Of a stretch of DNA of 62,395 nucleotides, positions 45,096 through 53,872 are shown piece after piece (the stretch's first letter is position 1; each line of letters begins with the position of its first letter). Under the pieces are notes generated by a model that was not told where the DNA came from, ran no database searches, and saw only the letters and a program-made list of their open reading frames with translations. Source of the stretch: a virus (taxonomy: Duplodnaviria > Caudoviricetes); IMG/VR virus record IMGVR_UViG_3300036829_000406, positions 1 through 62,395 of that record; one strand, written 5' to 3'. Both the position numbers and the translations under genes were made by a program.

Positions 45096-46457
45096 TTACC
45101 AGACCAGTCCCGCCTGCTCGCGCAGCTCCTTGGAGCGCATCGCGTAGAGGGCGTGCTGGTGATACCGGGCCGAGTGCTCCTCGCCGTCAGGCTGGGGCGG
45201 CTCACCGGCGGCGGCTTCGCCATCGGGGGAAGTGCCAGTGTCGAACTCTTCGTGCTCTTCGTGCTCGTCGTGCTCGTCCGGCTCCGGGTCGCCGAAGGTG
45301 CCGGGAGTGGACATTCGGACGCCGAGGATCTCAGCGCCCGAATACGCCTCGAAAGGCGTCGGGCCGAACTCTTTCAGCCCCAGCTCAGTGCGGCGGACCC
45401 TGGGCAGCTGCCCGCCACGCGGGCGGTACCTGTCGCCGGGCCGCAGCTGCGGGGTGGACCGGACGATCCGGCCGGTGAACGACTGGGCGGTGATCGACCC
45501 GTTCCGGATGTTCTCCAGGACCTCGTCAGCGAACGGCGTGTCGGAGTACCTGGCCAGGGTCAGCAGCCCGCGGGCTTCGGGGCGGATCTCCACGGGCGTG
45601 GCGATCGGCATGGATCCCCGCTCGGACGGGGTGCCGTGAATCGTCATGCCGTGGTTGTACATGACCTTGACCTTGCCGAACCCGGCGCGGGACCGGCCGA
45701 TGTCGGCCAGGACCTTGTTGAACGCGGCCGGGTCGATCTCCTCGATGTAGTGGCCCTCGAAGTCCTGGATCTCGGCGGGTGAGTTGAACGCTGTGGCGTA
45801 CGCCTCGACGAGCCGACCGGTCGAGTCGCCCTGGGCCGCGCGGACGATGTGGATGTCCTCGAGCTCGTAGGTGCGGAAGTACACCGGGTCAGCCCGGGAC
45901 GCGCTGCTGCCACCACCGCCGTCGTCGCTGGCGTCGACCCCGAACCTCCTGGCCGCGGCCTTGATCTTGGTCAGAGCCTGCGCCTTGGCCGCGGCGGGGA
46001 TGTCCGTCTGCGGCAGCCTGGCCAGCGCATTCTGCACGTGGGTCTTGTCGTGGACCGGCAGGTACCGGTTGCTGCGGGGGACGGTCCTCCCGGAGCCGTC
46101 CTTGGTGCCGCCCGGTGCAATGTAGGCGAAGTCGCTGTCGGGCAGGTCGTTGATCGACGAGGCGGTCATCTCCGCTCGCTGGGTAACCGTCACCGCTGAC
46201 CTCCCGGTCGCTTTCTTTTCCATTGCCGCGTGCTGCGCGGGCCAGATGCCGAGGGCCGCGTGATGAGCTAGGTTGCAGTAGCCCTGCGGGTCCTTGATGT
46301 ACTTGCCGAGCTCGGCCACACACCTGTCAAAGTCCCCGGGCGTCCCCCAGGCGACCTTGGCCGCGCCTTCACCGTGGACCCAGTACTCGTGCAGCCGCTC
46401 GGTGGCACGCGGGTCGGTGACCTGCCCGGCGACCCGGACCGCGCCGCGTTCATCCAC
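45096..46457 (-). CDS. prohead protease (HK97-type) with two extra N-terminal domains
   Basis: 'YATAFN...EEIDP.AF...YNHG...SFTG...LKEFGPTPF.AY.GA.I'; N-terminal 'LPDSDFAY...LPVHDK.HV.NALAR' (DUF6582-like) and 'EYWVHGEGAAK..WGTPGDFDRC'. Confidence 0.85.
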   Translation of the reverse strand: MDERGAVRVAGQVTDPRATERLHEYWVHGEGAAKVAWGTPGDFDRCVAELGKYIKDPQGYCNLAHHAALGIWPAQHAAMEKKATGRSAVTVTQRAEMTASSINDLPDSDFAYIAPGGTKDGSGRTVPRSNRYLPVHDKTHVQNALARLPQTDIPAAAKAQALTKIKAAARRFGVDASDDGGGGSSASRADPVYFRTYELEDIHIVRAAQGDSTGRLVEAYATAFNSPAEIQDFEGHYIEEIDPAAFNKVLADIGRSRAGFGKVKVMYNHGMTIHGTPSERGSMPIATPVEIRPEARGLLTLARYSDTPFADEVLENIRNGSITAQSFTGRIVRSTPQLRPGDRYRPRGGQLPRVRRTELGLKEFGPTPFEAYSGAEILGVRMSTPGTFGDPEPDEHDEHEEHEEFDTGTSPDGEAAAGEPPQPDGEEHSARYHQHALYAMRSKELREQAGLVW

Positions 46458-46460
46458 CGG

Positions 46461-46925
46461 CTACCAGGCCAGCCCGGCCGCCTCGCGGAGTTCCCGCGAG
46501 CGGAGCACATAGAGGTCGTGGCCGCCGCCCCCGCGTTTGGCTGCCTTCGGTGCCGCGACGTGCTTCGCGGCCGCATGCTCACCGCGGAGCGCCGCCGTCG
46601 TCTTCGGGCCGACGAGCCCGTCGACCTTCAGGCCGTGCGCCTTCTGGAACTCCCGAACCGCGGCGAGCGTCTTCGGGCCGAAGGTCCCGTCGACCTTCAG
46701 TGGCGGCTTCACGCCGAGCGCGTTGAGCCGGGCCTGCAGGTCCGATACGCGCTTGCCGGTCTCACCGTCGCCGACCGGGTGGGCGTCCGTCGGCGTGGGC
46801 CGCGTGTCCTTGGCGGTCTTGCCGGTTTTGCTGCTGCTGCCGGATGCGGCGGCGAACTGGCCGCCCGTCGCGGACCCGGCCGGGGCGTGGTTCGGGTTGA
46901 ACCGCCACGCGGCAAAATCATCCAC
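46461..46925 (-). CDS. peptidoglycan-binding domain protein
   Basis: 'VSDLQARLN.LG....VDG.FGPKT.AAV.EFQ..HGL.VDG.VGPKT'. Confidence 0.85.
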   Translation of the reverse strand: MDDFAAWRFNPNHAPAGSATGGQFAAASGSSSKTGKTAKDTRPTPTDAHPVGDGETGKRVSDLQARLNALGVKPPLKVDGTFGPKTLAAVREFQKAHGLKVDGLVGPKTTAALRGEHAAAKHVAAPKAAKRGGGGHDLYVLRSRELREAAGLAW

Positions 46926-48339
46926 GGCCGTTCGCCTCCTCGAGTGCCCGCCGCGCGCTGGCCGGCCGCGGCGTCGGCCGGGTGCTGTTCCCGCCGTCAC
47001 CCGGCGACGTCGACCCGCCCGGCAGCCGCGGCATCGACGGCGGCAAAGGATCCGCGGTCACCCCCGGCGGCGTCTGGCCCAGCAGATGCTGCACGTTCCC
47101 CGCCGGAGGCGGCGGCGCATCCGGCTTTGCCTCCAGCTGGGACATGTCCCCGGCCTCGATCGCGGCGACCGCCGACTCCAGCGTCGAACCCGCCTGCACC
47201 AGCGCCAGCGCGGCCTGCGCCCGGATCAGCGTCACCTGCGCCCGGACCTGCTCACCCTCCTGCAAAGCCGCGATGTCACCGGTATCCACCCACAGCCGGG
47301 ACCCGGCCGGCAGATCCGGGATCAGCGGCTCCAGCGCCGCGCACATCGACCGCCACTCCGGCCGCAACGTCAGGTCCGCGAACCGGCGGATCACATCCTC
47401 ATACGATTTCCCCGCGCCCTTGATCGACTCCAGGCCGATCAGCATCGCCGGAACCCCCGACGGGGCCAGGATCCGCTCGATCCCGTCCTGGCTGACGTTG
47501 GAGAAATCCATGTCGGCCAGGCTGTTCCCCGCCACGGTCAGGTCCGCGCCCTGGTCCAGGACCAGCGTCTTGCCCGCGTTGTCCGGGCCCGCGTACCGGG
47601 CGTTCATCCGCTCCCGGATGCTGTCGACCGTCCCGGGCTGCAGCTTCTGCGCGTACTTGATGATCACGTTCGGGGTCGCGTTGTTCTGCAGGTACCGGAT
47701 CTTGTACCGGGCCATGGCGTCGTCACCCTGGATGTCCCGCATCACCGGGGTCAGCCAGCTCATGCCACGGAAGTCGGCCTGCGGGTCCGGGATGGGATGC
47801 CAGTGGGCGACCTCATCGGCGGGGGCCATGAACCCGCCGCCCTGGCTGAGGGTGTTCCTGGGCGGCTCACACCAGTAGCCGATCTTGCGGCGGTACCAGC
47901 CGCCGCCGGGCACCGCGACCCTCTCGGACACGATCGTGGTCCAGCCCGGCCGCAGCCGCACCAGCAGCCCCTCACCGGGAGGCGCCCACGTGTAAGAGTT
48001 CCCGGCCAGGCAGACGTCCTGCTCCATCCGGGCGATCAGCTCACCCGACGTGCCGTCCGGCCACGGCTTCTCCAGCACCTGCAGGGACGTGTTCCCGTAC
48101 AGGTGCTTGTCGGCTTTCGCCTGGTAGATGAACCGTCCCTCGGACAGCAGCATCATCCGGACCAGGATCGCGGAGAACACCGGGGAGCCAGAGGCGTTGG
48201 CCTGCTGCGCCCACGCGGTGACCTGCGGGAGGATCTGCTCCCGGTCCGGGCTGCCGTAAGTGGAGGTCAGGACGGCGGCGCCGGACGCCTGGCCTTCCCA
48301 GTAGCCCTGGCGGCGGATCAGCCGGTCAATCAGCCTCAC
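46918..48339 (-). CDS. portal protein (HK97-type)
   Basis: 'GNSY...LRP...EVAH...RGMS.L...NNATP...NAGKTLVL..G...GVP..LIG'. Confidence 0.9.
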   Translation of the reverse strand: MRLIDRLIRRQGYWEGQASGAAVLTSTYGSPDREQILPQVTAWAQQANASGSPVFSAILVRMMLLSEGRFIYQAKADKHLYGNTSLQVLEKPWPDGTSGELIARMEQDVCLAGNSYTWAPPGEGLLVRLRPGWTTIVSERVAVPGGGWYRRKIGYWCEPPRNTLSQGGGFMAPADEVAHWHPIPDPQADFRGMSWLTPVMRDIQGDDAMARYKIRYLQNNATPNVIIKYAQKLQPGTVDSIRERMNARYAGPDNAGKTLVLDQGADLTVAGNSLADMDFSNVSQDGIERILAPSGVPAMLIGLESIKGAGKSYEDVIRRFADLTLRPEWRSMCAALEPLIPDLPAGSRLWVDTGDIAALQEGEQVRAQVTLIRAQAALALVQAGSTLESAVAAIEAGDMSQLEAKPDAPPPPAGNVQHLLGQTPPGVTADPLPPSMPRLPGGSTSPGDGGNSTRPTPRPASARRALEEANGRG

Positions 48340-48593
48340 TCAGGCTCACGCCCTACAGCAACCTGCATCCAGCCGTTTCCGACATCGATCGCGCGGAACG
48401 CCAGGGACTTACTCTCGGCCATGCGCATGACCATCTCGGTGTTCTCGGCGTGTATCAGCTGCGCGGCGAAGCCGTCACGCTCCAGCCGCTCCCACAGCTG
48501 GCCAGCCTCAAATCCGCGCGTGAACTCGGCGTCATCAGAGTCGAAGGCCAGGATCAGGCCGTATTCCGCCTTGTATTCTGCGTCGTCGCTCAT
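48336..48593 (-). CDS. hypothetical protein
   Basis: coupled on both sides; 'EFTRGFEAG'. Confidence 0.65.
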   Translation of the reverse strand: MSDDAEYKAEYGLILAFDSDDAEFTRGFEAGQLWERLERDGFAAQLIHAENTEMVMRMAESKSLAFRAIDVGNGWMQVAVGREPE

Positions 48594-48811
48594 CCGGACC
48601 CTCGCGCCCTTTCCAGGACCTGCGCCAGCGTCGGCACCTCATGCACAGACGGCTCCTGCTCACGCCGGCCGTCATCACGGAACAGCACCCACAAGCCCAG
48701 CATCATCGAATCGGCCATGACCGCCAGGCCCACCACCCACATGCCGATCAGCGCCGCACCGCCGACGAGACCCAGCATCGACACGACCAGGAGGCTGCCG
48801 GACAGACGCAC
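48590..48811 (-). CDS. small membrane protein preceding the portal
   Basis: GGAGG RBS, two TM segments. Confidence 0.6.
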   Translation of the reverse strand: MRLSGSLLVVSMLGLVGGAALIGMWVVGLAVMADSMMLGLWVLFRDDGRREQEPSVHEVPTLAQVLERARGSG

Positions 48812-48935
48812 GGGGACCTCCCTGAATGCTTGGCCACGGCCACGGCCGCTCGATGCGCCGACCTGCGGAAATGTAATACGCGAATCGCGTAATTGCAGGT
48901 CATGGGACTGGCCAGGACCTGGGTTCCTCGGACGT

Positions 48936-49442
48936 TCAGACCTGCCAGACGCCCGGCGTGGCCAGCTCCTCCCAGCGGACGAACGCCCAGCAAGCCAGCG
49001 TCGCACCCACCAGCGGCCCCTGATCCACCGCCACCTTCGGATCCCACGCCTTCGCACCCGCCAGCGGCCGCTGATGCGCCGCCCGCACCGCGGCGGTAAG
49101 CGGCGGCTGATCGAGATGCTCCAGACCTTCATTGCTGACCAGATCCAGGAACTCCCCATGCGCGACAGCGACATCCTGCGCCGACACTTCCAGCACCAGA
49201 ACCCCCGCCTCACCCAGGGGCTTCACCAGCGTCCCCGACTGGCTCTTAGGGTTCACCACGACCGCCACCGGATCATGCTTCTCCCACAAGACAGCCATCC
49301 GGGCCACGAGCAGCCGCGGGTGATCATAGAACGGCGCCAGGTCCACCAGAATCTTCCCCGACCCGCTGCGGCCAGCCGCCACAATCGACCCATGCTTACG
49401 GTCCTCACTGATCGCGCACCCGAACGCGACAGGATCACTCAC
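48936..49442 (-). CDS. terL: terminase large subunit, nuclease domain (separate ORF)
   Basis: 'VAFG...DR..GSI.AAG...L.H.DQPPL..AV.....R....AW......D..PLVG.TLA.W'. Confidence 0.75.
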   Translation of the reverse strand: MSDPVAFGCAISEDRKHGSIVAAGRSGSGKILVDLAPFYDHPRLLVARMAVLWEKHDPVAVVVNPKSQSGTLVKPLGEAGVLVLEVSAQDVAVAHGEFLDLVSNEGLEHLDQPPLTAAVRAAHQRPLAGAKAWDPKVAVDQGPLVGATLACWAFVRWEELATPGVWQV

Positions 49443-50386
49443 AGCAGCCCCCGCGGGACAGCAGCCGCACCCCAGGTGTCCTCACCGATGACACCCCAGC
49501 CAGGCTTAGCGACCTCCGGCCACTGGCACAGATAGGCCCGCCGGAACTCAGGCAGGTCCATCAGCCCGAAATCCGTCTTCACCGTCTCCTCGGACACCGT
49601 GATCCCCAGCGCAGGCATCCGCCGCCGCCACGTCACCGGATCCCCCGGATCCTCATCATCAGCCGCCGAATAGCCGATATAACAGCCGCCCTCCGTCACG
49701 CCCATCTCCGCGCGGGCCCGCCCGTCCTCAACCTTGGCGCGGAAATAAGCCGACCTCTCCGTCCCAGCCGCCGACACAATCCACAGCTGCGCGTCGCGGG
49801 TCATCATCGCCGGGCGCATCGCCTGCTCAAGATGATCATCCTCCTGCGCCCACGCCTCATCGATCACGCCCAGGTCCAGGTTGTCACCATGGCCGCTCGT
49901 CTGCGTCCCGGACACCAGACCCAGCATCGACCCGTTACGGAACAGGTACGCCTCCGACCCTGAACCCCTGCGCACATCGATGAACCGGCGCAGCTTCGAC
50001 CGCTCGATCATCGGCCACCACACATCCAGCAGCCGGTGCCGCGCATCCAGCCGCGTCTGCGCCGTGTAGGAGATCTGCGTCCCCGGCCGCCGCAGCCCGC
50101 GGGCGATCATCATCGCCAGCAGATCAACCGTCTTACCCTGCTGCCGCATCACCTCGACCACCACCTGCCGGTACGCGAACCGGCCCTCCGGCGTCAGCTC
50201 CGTCGCCACCGCGTTCACGTCCTCGTGCTGCCACGGCATCAAACCTGGCCCCAGCACCGTACGGAAACCGAGCAGCTCGGCGGTCTTGCTGATCCCGCCC
50301 GCCAGGTTCGGGCGGCCAGGCGTCGCCGGTGTGGCGAACCTAGGCTTGCAGAGCGCCGAAGAGCCCGGTGAGGTCGGCGTCGGCAT
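49439..50386 (-). CDS. terL: terminase large subunit, ATPase domain
   Basis: 'LMPWQ', Walker A 'RQQGKT', Walker B 'VIDEA', 'SAAG', 'FRRAYLCQW'. Confidence 0.88.
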   Translation of the reverse strand: MPTPTSPGSSALCKPRFATPATPGRPNLAGGISKTAELLGFRTVLGPGLMPWQHEDVNAVATELTPEGRFAYRQVVVEVMRQQGKTVDLLAMMIARGLRRPGTQISYTAQTRLDARHRLLDVWWPMIERSKLRRFIDVRRGSGSEAYLFRNGSMLGLVSGTQTSGHGDNLDLGVIDEAWAQEDDHLEQAMRPAMMTRDAQLWIVSAAGTERSAYFRAKVEDGRARAEMGVTEGGCYIGYSAADDEDPGDPVTWRRRMPALGITVSEETVKTDFGLMDLPEFRRAYLCQWPEVAKPGWGVIGEDTWGAAAVPRGLL

Positions 50387-50654
50387 CCTGCTTGCCCTTC
50401 GGCATCAACTCGAGCAGCGTCTTGCGCAGCTCCGCACCCAGGACCGCGTTGCCCGGGTCGCTCCGGTGCGCCTCGGCCATCCGGTACGCCAGCTGACGCA
50501 GCTCCGCGCGGGCGTCAGTCACCTCGCCGGCAGGCGCAGCCGCGGGCGCAGCCAGCTTCAGGGCCGCGCAGCTGCCACGGCACAGGGAATGGTCACCACC
50601 CTTATGCCGGCGCGACCGGCGAGCGCGGAGGGCCTCCGAATCAGCCAAAATCAC
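50340..50654 (-). CDS. terS: terminase small subunit (putative)
   Basis: position upstream of terL; 'RRHK.GDHSLC...ELRKTL.EL'. Confidence 0.6.
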   Translation of the reverse strand: MILADSEALRARRSRRHKGGDHSLCRGSCAALKLAAPAAAPAGEVTDARAELRQLAYRMAEAHRSDPGNAVLGAELRKTLLELMPKGKQDADADLTGLFGALQA

Positions 50655-50802
50655 CCTCCGTCACGTGACGCGATACCGGCAAATATATGACCATGGCTGC
50701 GGCAGTCATCCGGAATCGGACATTTCGGACGCGATTCGACCTGTTTTCCGCCCTGGCCGTCTGACCTGCATTGATGCCGGTGCATGGTGGGTGGTTGGCG
50801 GG

Positions 50803-50870
50803 TGGTCACTGATGACCGGTCGATGGTCACTGATGACCGGGCGGGTGGTCGGTGCAGACCGTGGTCACTG
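50803..50870. repeat. palindromic direct repeats TGGTCACTGATGACCGG (putative cos/packaging region)
   Basis: exact copies at 50803-50819 and 50824-50840, partial copy at 50862; non-coding gap upstream of terS. Confidence 0.6.
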
Positions 50871-50937
50871 TCTGTGACGGTGGTCGTGGTCGCTATCTGC
50901 CGTCTGCATGTGCAGCGGGCGTGTGCGGGTGCAACGG

Positions 50938-51159
50938 TCATACCGCGTGTGCACTGCCGGCGCCGTCTGCCGCTTCGGCTTCGGCTCGCTTGATGACCTC
51001 GTTGATGTAGGTGCGTGCTTTGTACAGGTCGTCGACGCCGTTCTTCTTGCGCCAGCGGACGATGTACTTGACGGCGTTGCCTTCGTAGAAGTCGAGGCCG
51101 AATGCGTCTATGACGTCGAACGGCTGCATGCCGCCAGCGCCGTTGTAGTAGTCAGGCAT
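50938..51159 (-). CDS. DUF3310-like protein
   Basis: 'PDYY...QPFDVI...F.EGNAVKYI.RW.KKNG.DDL.KA..YI'. Confidence 0.85.
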   Translation of the reverse strand: MPDYYNGAGGMQPFDVIDAFGLDFYEGNAVKYIVRWRKKNGVDDLYKARTYINEVIKRAEAEAADGAGSAHAV

Positions 51160-51168
51160 CCGTCACCA

Positions 51169-51468
51169 CTACCGCAGTTTGGCTGGGCTGCCGTCGACTA
51201 GGTGCGGTGTTCCGCCGTCCTCAGTCACGGTGATGTCGTAGCCGAAAACCATGTCGCCGTGCGCCGGCTTCCACTTCGTCTCATCCCTAGCGTCGTCGTC
51301 GGCATCGGGCGACAGGAACGCGCGGCGGATCGCCTTGTACCATTCCAGGTTCATCACCCAGTGCGTCGTGCGCAGCTGCCGCCACGCCGGGTGTGCGTCG
51401 TACGCGGCGTGGCTGAGCAGGTCGTACATCTTTTTGCCGCTGGTCACCACCGTCGTGATGTCTGCCAT
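51169..51468 (-). CDS. hypothetical protein
   Basis: ORF in the late operon. Confidence 0.55.
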   Translation of the reverse strand: MADITTVVTSGKKMYDLLSHAAYDAHPAWRQLRTTHWVMNLEWYKAIRRAFLSPDADDDARDETKWKPAHGDMVFGYDITVTEDGGTPHLVDGSPAKLR

Positions 51469-51749
51469 GTTCTGATCCTGCCACGTGCCCGGTTGCCGCG
51501 TACCGCGCCGTCTGCCCTGTTATGCCGTCTGCACGCGAGTCCGGGCAGATAACCAGAACGGTCGGCGGTGTGCGGCAAGTCCAGGAACCGGCGTGCGACG
51601 GACAGCGGCCACCAGGTGAGTGGTTCGCCGCCGTGTGCGCAGAGGTCGCCTGGCCGGTACAGGAGCAGGCGGCGTTCCCGTTCGGCCTGGTGTGCTGGCC
51701 CGTAGCCACGTTGTGCTGTGGTGCCGCGCCAGCGCACCCGTGCGGCCAT
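51444..51749 (-). CDS. HNH-like endonuclease (terminase-associated, degenerate)
   Basis: 'TTAQRGYG..H...R....C..G....LDL.H..DR..Y..GL.C..HNR..G'. Confidence 0.65.
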   Translation of the reverse strand: MAARVRWRGTTAQRGYGPAHQAERERRLLLYRPGDLCAHGGEPLTWWPLSVARRFLDLPHTADRSGYLPGLACRRHNRADGAVRGNRARGRIRTWQTSRRW

Positions 51750-51752
51750 GGG

Positions 51753-52055
51753 TCAGCTGGCGGCTGGCGGTGCGAGCGCGGTGACGCTGGACACGGCGCC
51801 GGTCAGGTCGGCGGCGGCCTTGTCGAGGCCGGACAGGTCGAGCTGCGGGTTGGCGGCCTTGAGCGCGTCGATCTCGGCCTGGATCGCGGTTACGGCGGTG
51901 CCGAGGTTCGCGACGCCGGCCTCGATGGTGGTGACGTCGGCGGTGATGTCGTCTTGCTGGCTCATGAGCACATCCAGTTTCTTGTTGACGGTTTTGAGCT
52001 GGTTGAGGATCTGGGTGAGGGTGACGGGCATTTTGAGCGGGTTCCAGGTGGGCAC
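51753..52055 (-). CDS. coiled-coil hypothetical protein
   Basis: heptad pattern. Confidence 0.6.
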   Translation of the reverse strand: MPTWNPLKMPVTLTQILNQLKTVNKKLDVLMSQQDDITADVTTIEAGVANLGTAVTAIQAEIDALKAANPQLDLSGLDKAAADLTGAVSSVTALAPPAAS

Positions 52056-52057
52056 GG

Positions 52058-52399
52058 TCAGCGGGTGATAGTGCGGCCGGGATGAGCTTGGGCTTCGGTC
52101 ATGGCGTCGCGGATCCGGTCCTCATCGGACGGCGCGTCTGCCACCGGCTCGTAGGTGGCCGCGAAGATGTCCGGCTTGCACGGGTAGAACTCGCCCTGGA
52201 CACCCTTGATGATCCAGTCGCCGGGCATGGCGGTCATGGTGCCTTCGAGCGTGTTGATGCTCAGCGCGCTCGGGTGGTCGTGGTAGCTGGCCGTGCCACC
52301 ATGGGCGAGTATCCAGTCGATGGTCGCCTTGGCCGCGCTGACGGTGCCGTCCCATTGGACAGCCTCGATGACGACGGGCTTCTTGCGGTACAGCGCCAT
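52058..52399 (-). CDS. conserved phage protein (RKKPVVIEA / GDWIIKG family)
   Basis: 'YRKKPVVIEAVQW...I.TLEG.M....GDWIIKGV.GEFYPCKPDIF..TYE'. Confidence 0.85.
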   Translation of the reverse strand: MALYRKKPVVIEAVQWDGTVSAAKATIDWILAHGGTASYHDHPSALSINTLEGTMTAMPGDWIIKGVQGEFYPCKPDIFAATYEPVADAPSDEDRIRDAMTEAQAHPGRTITR

Positions 52400-52401
52400 G
52401 G

Positions 52402-52614
52402 TCACGCGGCTGGCCCTGGGATGCGGATCTGGGCGGTGATGGTGCCGTCAGGCTCGCGGGCCAGCTCGGCCACGGCTCCATCGATGATGGTGCCGGCGGG
52501 GATGGGCGCGGCCGCGGCCAGGGTGAGGATGCTATCCATGGTGATGCTCCCTGATGGTGTGCACGGCGGCGGCGGTACGAGCCTGGCAGACCCGCCGCCG
52601 CGCAGGATGCCCAT
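52402..52614 (-). CDS. hypothetical protein
   Basis: small ORF; start may be 52539 (GGGAG RBS). Confidence 0.45.
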   Translation of the reverse strand: MGILRGGGSARLVPPPPCTPSGSITMDSILTLAAAAPIPAGTIIDGAVAELAREPDGTITAQIRIPGPAA

Positions 52615-52616
52615 GG

Positions 52617-52826
52617 TCAGGAATCCTCCACGTGGAGGCTGCCGGAGACGTGGGAACCGCCGAAGCTGGACGCCGCCGTCCCGTACTTCGGGTCAGCCAG
52701 GACCGCCTTGAGCGCCTCGTACAGCTCCACCTCAACCGCCATCGCGCTGGGCGCGGGTGCCGCGTCGGGAGAATCGGACTGAGCCGGTACGGGGACGTGA
52801 CCGGCGGCGTTCAGGCTCCAGGACAT
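52617..52826 (-). CDS. hypothetical protein, first gene after the late leader
   Basis: GGAGG RBS. Confidence 0.65.
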   Translation of the reverse strand: MSWSLNAAGHVPVPAQSDSPDAAPAPSAMAVEVELYEALKAVLADPKYGTAASSFGGSHVSGSLHVEDS

Positions 52827-52839
52827 GGGTCCTCCGTAT

Positions 52840-53014
52840 CGCAGGCGTCAGGCCCGGCACGGGGGGGGTGTACCGGGCCTGCTGTGCGCCGGGTGGAATC
52901 CGCACCAGCAAAGCTTGGGGAGGGGTGCGGGTCCTGACGCGGTGGAGCTGCCCAGTTGGGGGTCTGGGCATGGGGTGCCAGGGCCAGTTAACTTCACGGA
53001 ACGGAACTTTGCAA
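52840..53014 (-). promoter_or_regulatory. putative late promoter and structured 5' leader
   Basis: TTGCAA 53014-53009, 17 bp spacer, TTAACT (weak -10); several nested inverted repeats in the following 150 nt. Confidence 0.45.
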
Positions 53015-53035
53015 GGAGGCACCCGGAGCTGGACG

Positions 53036-53272
53036 TCATGTCTCTCCTGATGGCAGGGTGAGCCATGGTGCGAGGGCGGCGTGCAGGCGCTGCAGCTGCC
53101 CGATGTCGTAGAGGAGCTGGCCGCGTCCGCCGCGCTGCCCTGATGCTGTCTCGCCGACGGCCTTGAGCCGCACGGCGCGGATGGCTATGCGGAACTGGGC
53201 CGGGTCGACGGGCAGCCCGGCGCGCTCGAACTCGGCGCAGGCCTCGCTGAGGGTCCAGCCGTGGACGGTCAC
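53036..53272 (-). CDS. MerR-like winged-HTH DNA-binding protein (possible late regulator)
   Basis: 'WTLSEA...G......FR......L...G......GR...LYD...L..LH'. Confidence 0.55.
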   Translation of the reverse strand: MTVHGWTLSEACAEFERAGLPVDPAQFRIAIRAVRLKAVGETASGQRGGRGQLLYDIGQLQRLHAALAPWLTLPSGET

Positions 53273-53409
53273 GGCGTCCAGTCCGGCACGTCGAACATGC
53301 CCTGGTCGCGCATGACCCAGATCGCCTCGTTCACCTCGTCCTCGTCGAGGCCCTGGTCGCGCAGCTGGTCGCGGACTTCGGCTTCAAGGATCTCGTCGCG
53401 TTCAGCCAC
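53269..53409 (-). CDS. small acidic protein
   Basis: GTG start, GTGA overlap. Confidence 0.45.
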   Translation of the reverse strand: MAERDEILEAEVRDQLRDQGLDEDEVNEAIWVMRDQGMFDVPDWTP

Positions 53410-53507
53410 GCCCGTCGGCTTTCGTGGGTGGGTCGCCGCACGGGTCACCACGGCGGGCGCGTGGCCCGGGAACCCAGCTGCTGTCCGCGAACTCGAGCCA
53501 CATCGCG

Positions 53508-53711
53508 TCAGCGAAGCCGAGGAACGACGCGGTAGCCGCCGCGGGACAGGCAAGGCTCATTCTTGCGGTGCGTGGCAGTGCGGGTGTGCGGTGCGAGGGC
53601 GACGAACCGGCGGTCGGCGTGGGCGGCCTCGATACCGACGGCACGCCCGGAGATGGTCCGGCCGCATTCCGGGCAGACACCCCTGGCTCGCGGCGCGCCC
53701 CGATTGGCCAT
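53508..53711 (-). CDS. small Zn-ribbon protein
   Basis: CPECGR...H...C. Confidence 0.5.
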   Translation of the reverse strand: MANRGAPRARGVCPECGRTISGRAVGIEAAHADRRFVALAPHTRTATHRKNEPCLSRGGYRVVPRLR

Positions 53712-53718
53712 CGCGGCA

Positions 53719-53868
53719 TCATCCGAACGCCATCGGGTGCGCTTCGGCGACGTGCTTCCACCAGTTCCGGAAAGCGTCCACCACGGCGTCACCGAAGCAG
53801 CGGACGCCGCATTCGCAGGTCCACACGGGAGCCGCGTCGCCGAAATCGGCCGTCACCGTAACTGCCAT
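53719..53868 (-). CDS. small Zn-finger protein (49 aa; not in ORF track)
   Basis: MAVTVTADFGDAAPVWTCECG...WKHVAEAH; GGAG RBS. Confidence 0.5.
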   Translation of the reverse strand: MAVTVTADFGDAAPVWTCECGVRCFGDAVVDAFRNWWKHVAEAHPMAFG

Positions 53869-53872
53869 GGGA

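Noticed and set aside
46537-48720. 727-aa plus-strand ORF
   Set aside because: Antisense to portal and PG-binding genes; low-complexity Arg/Pro translation
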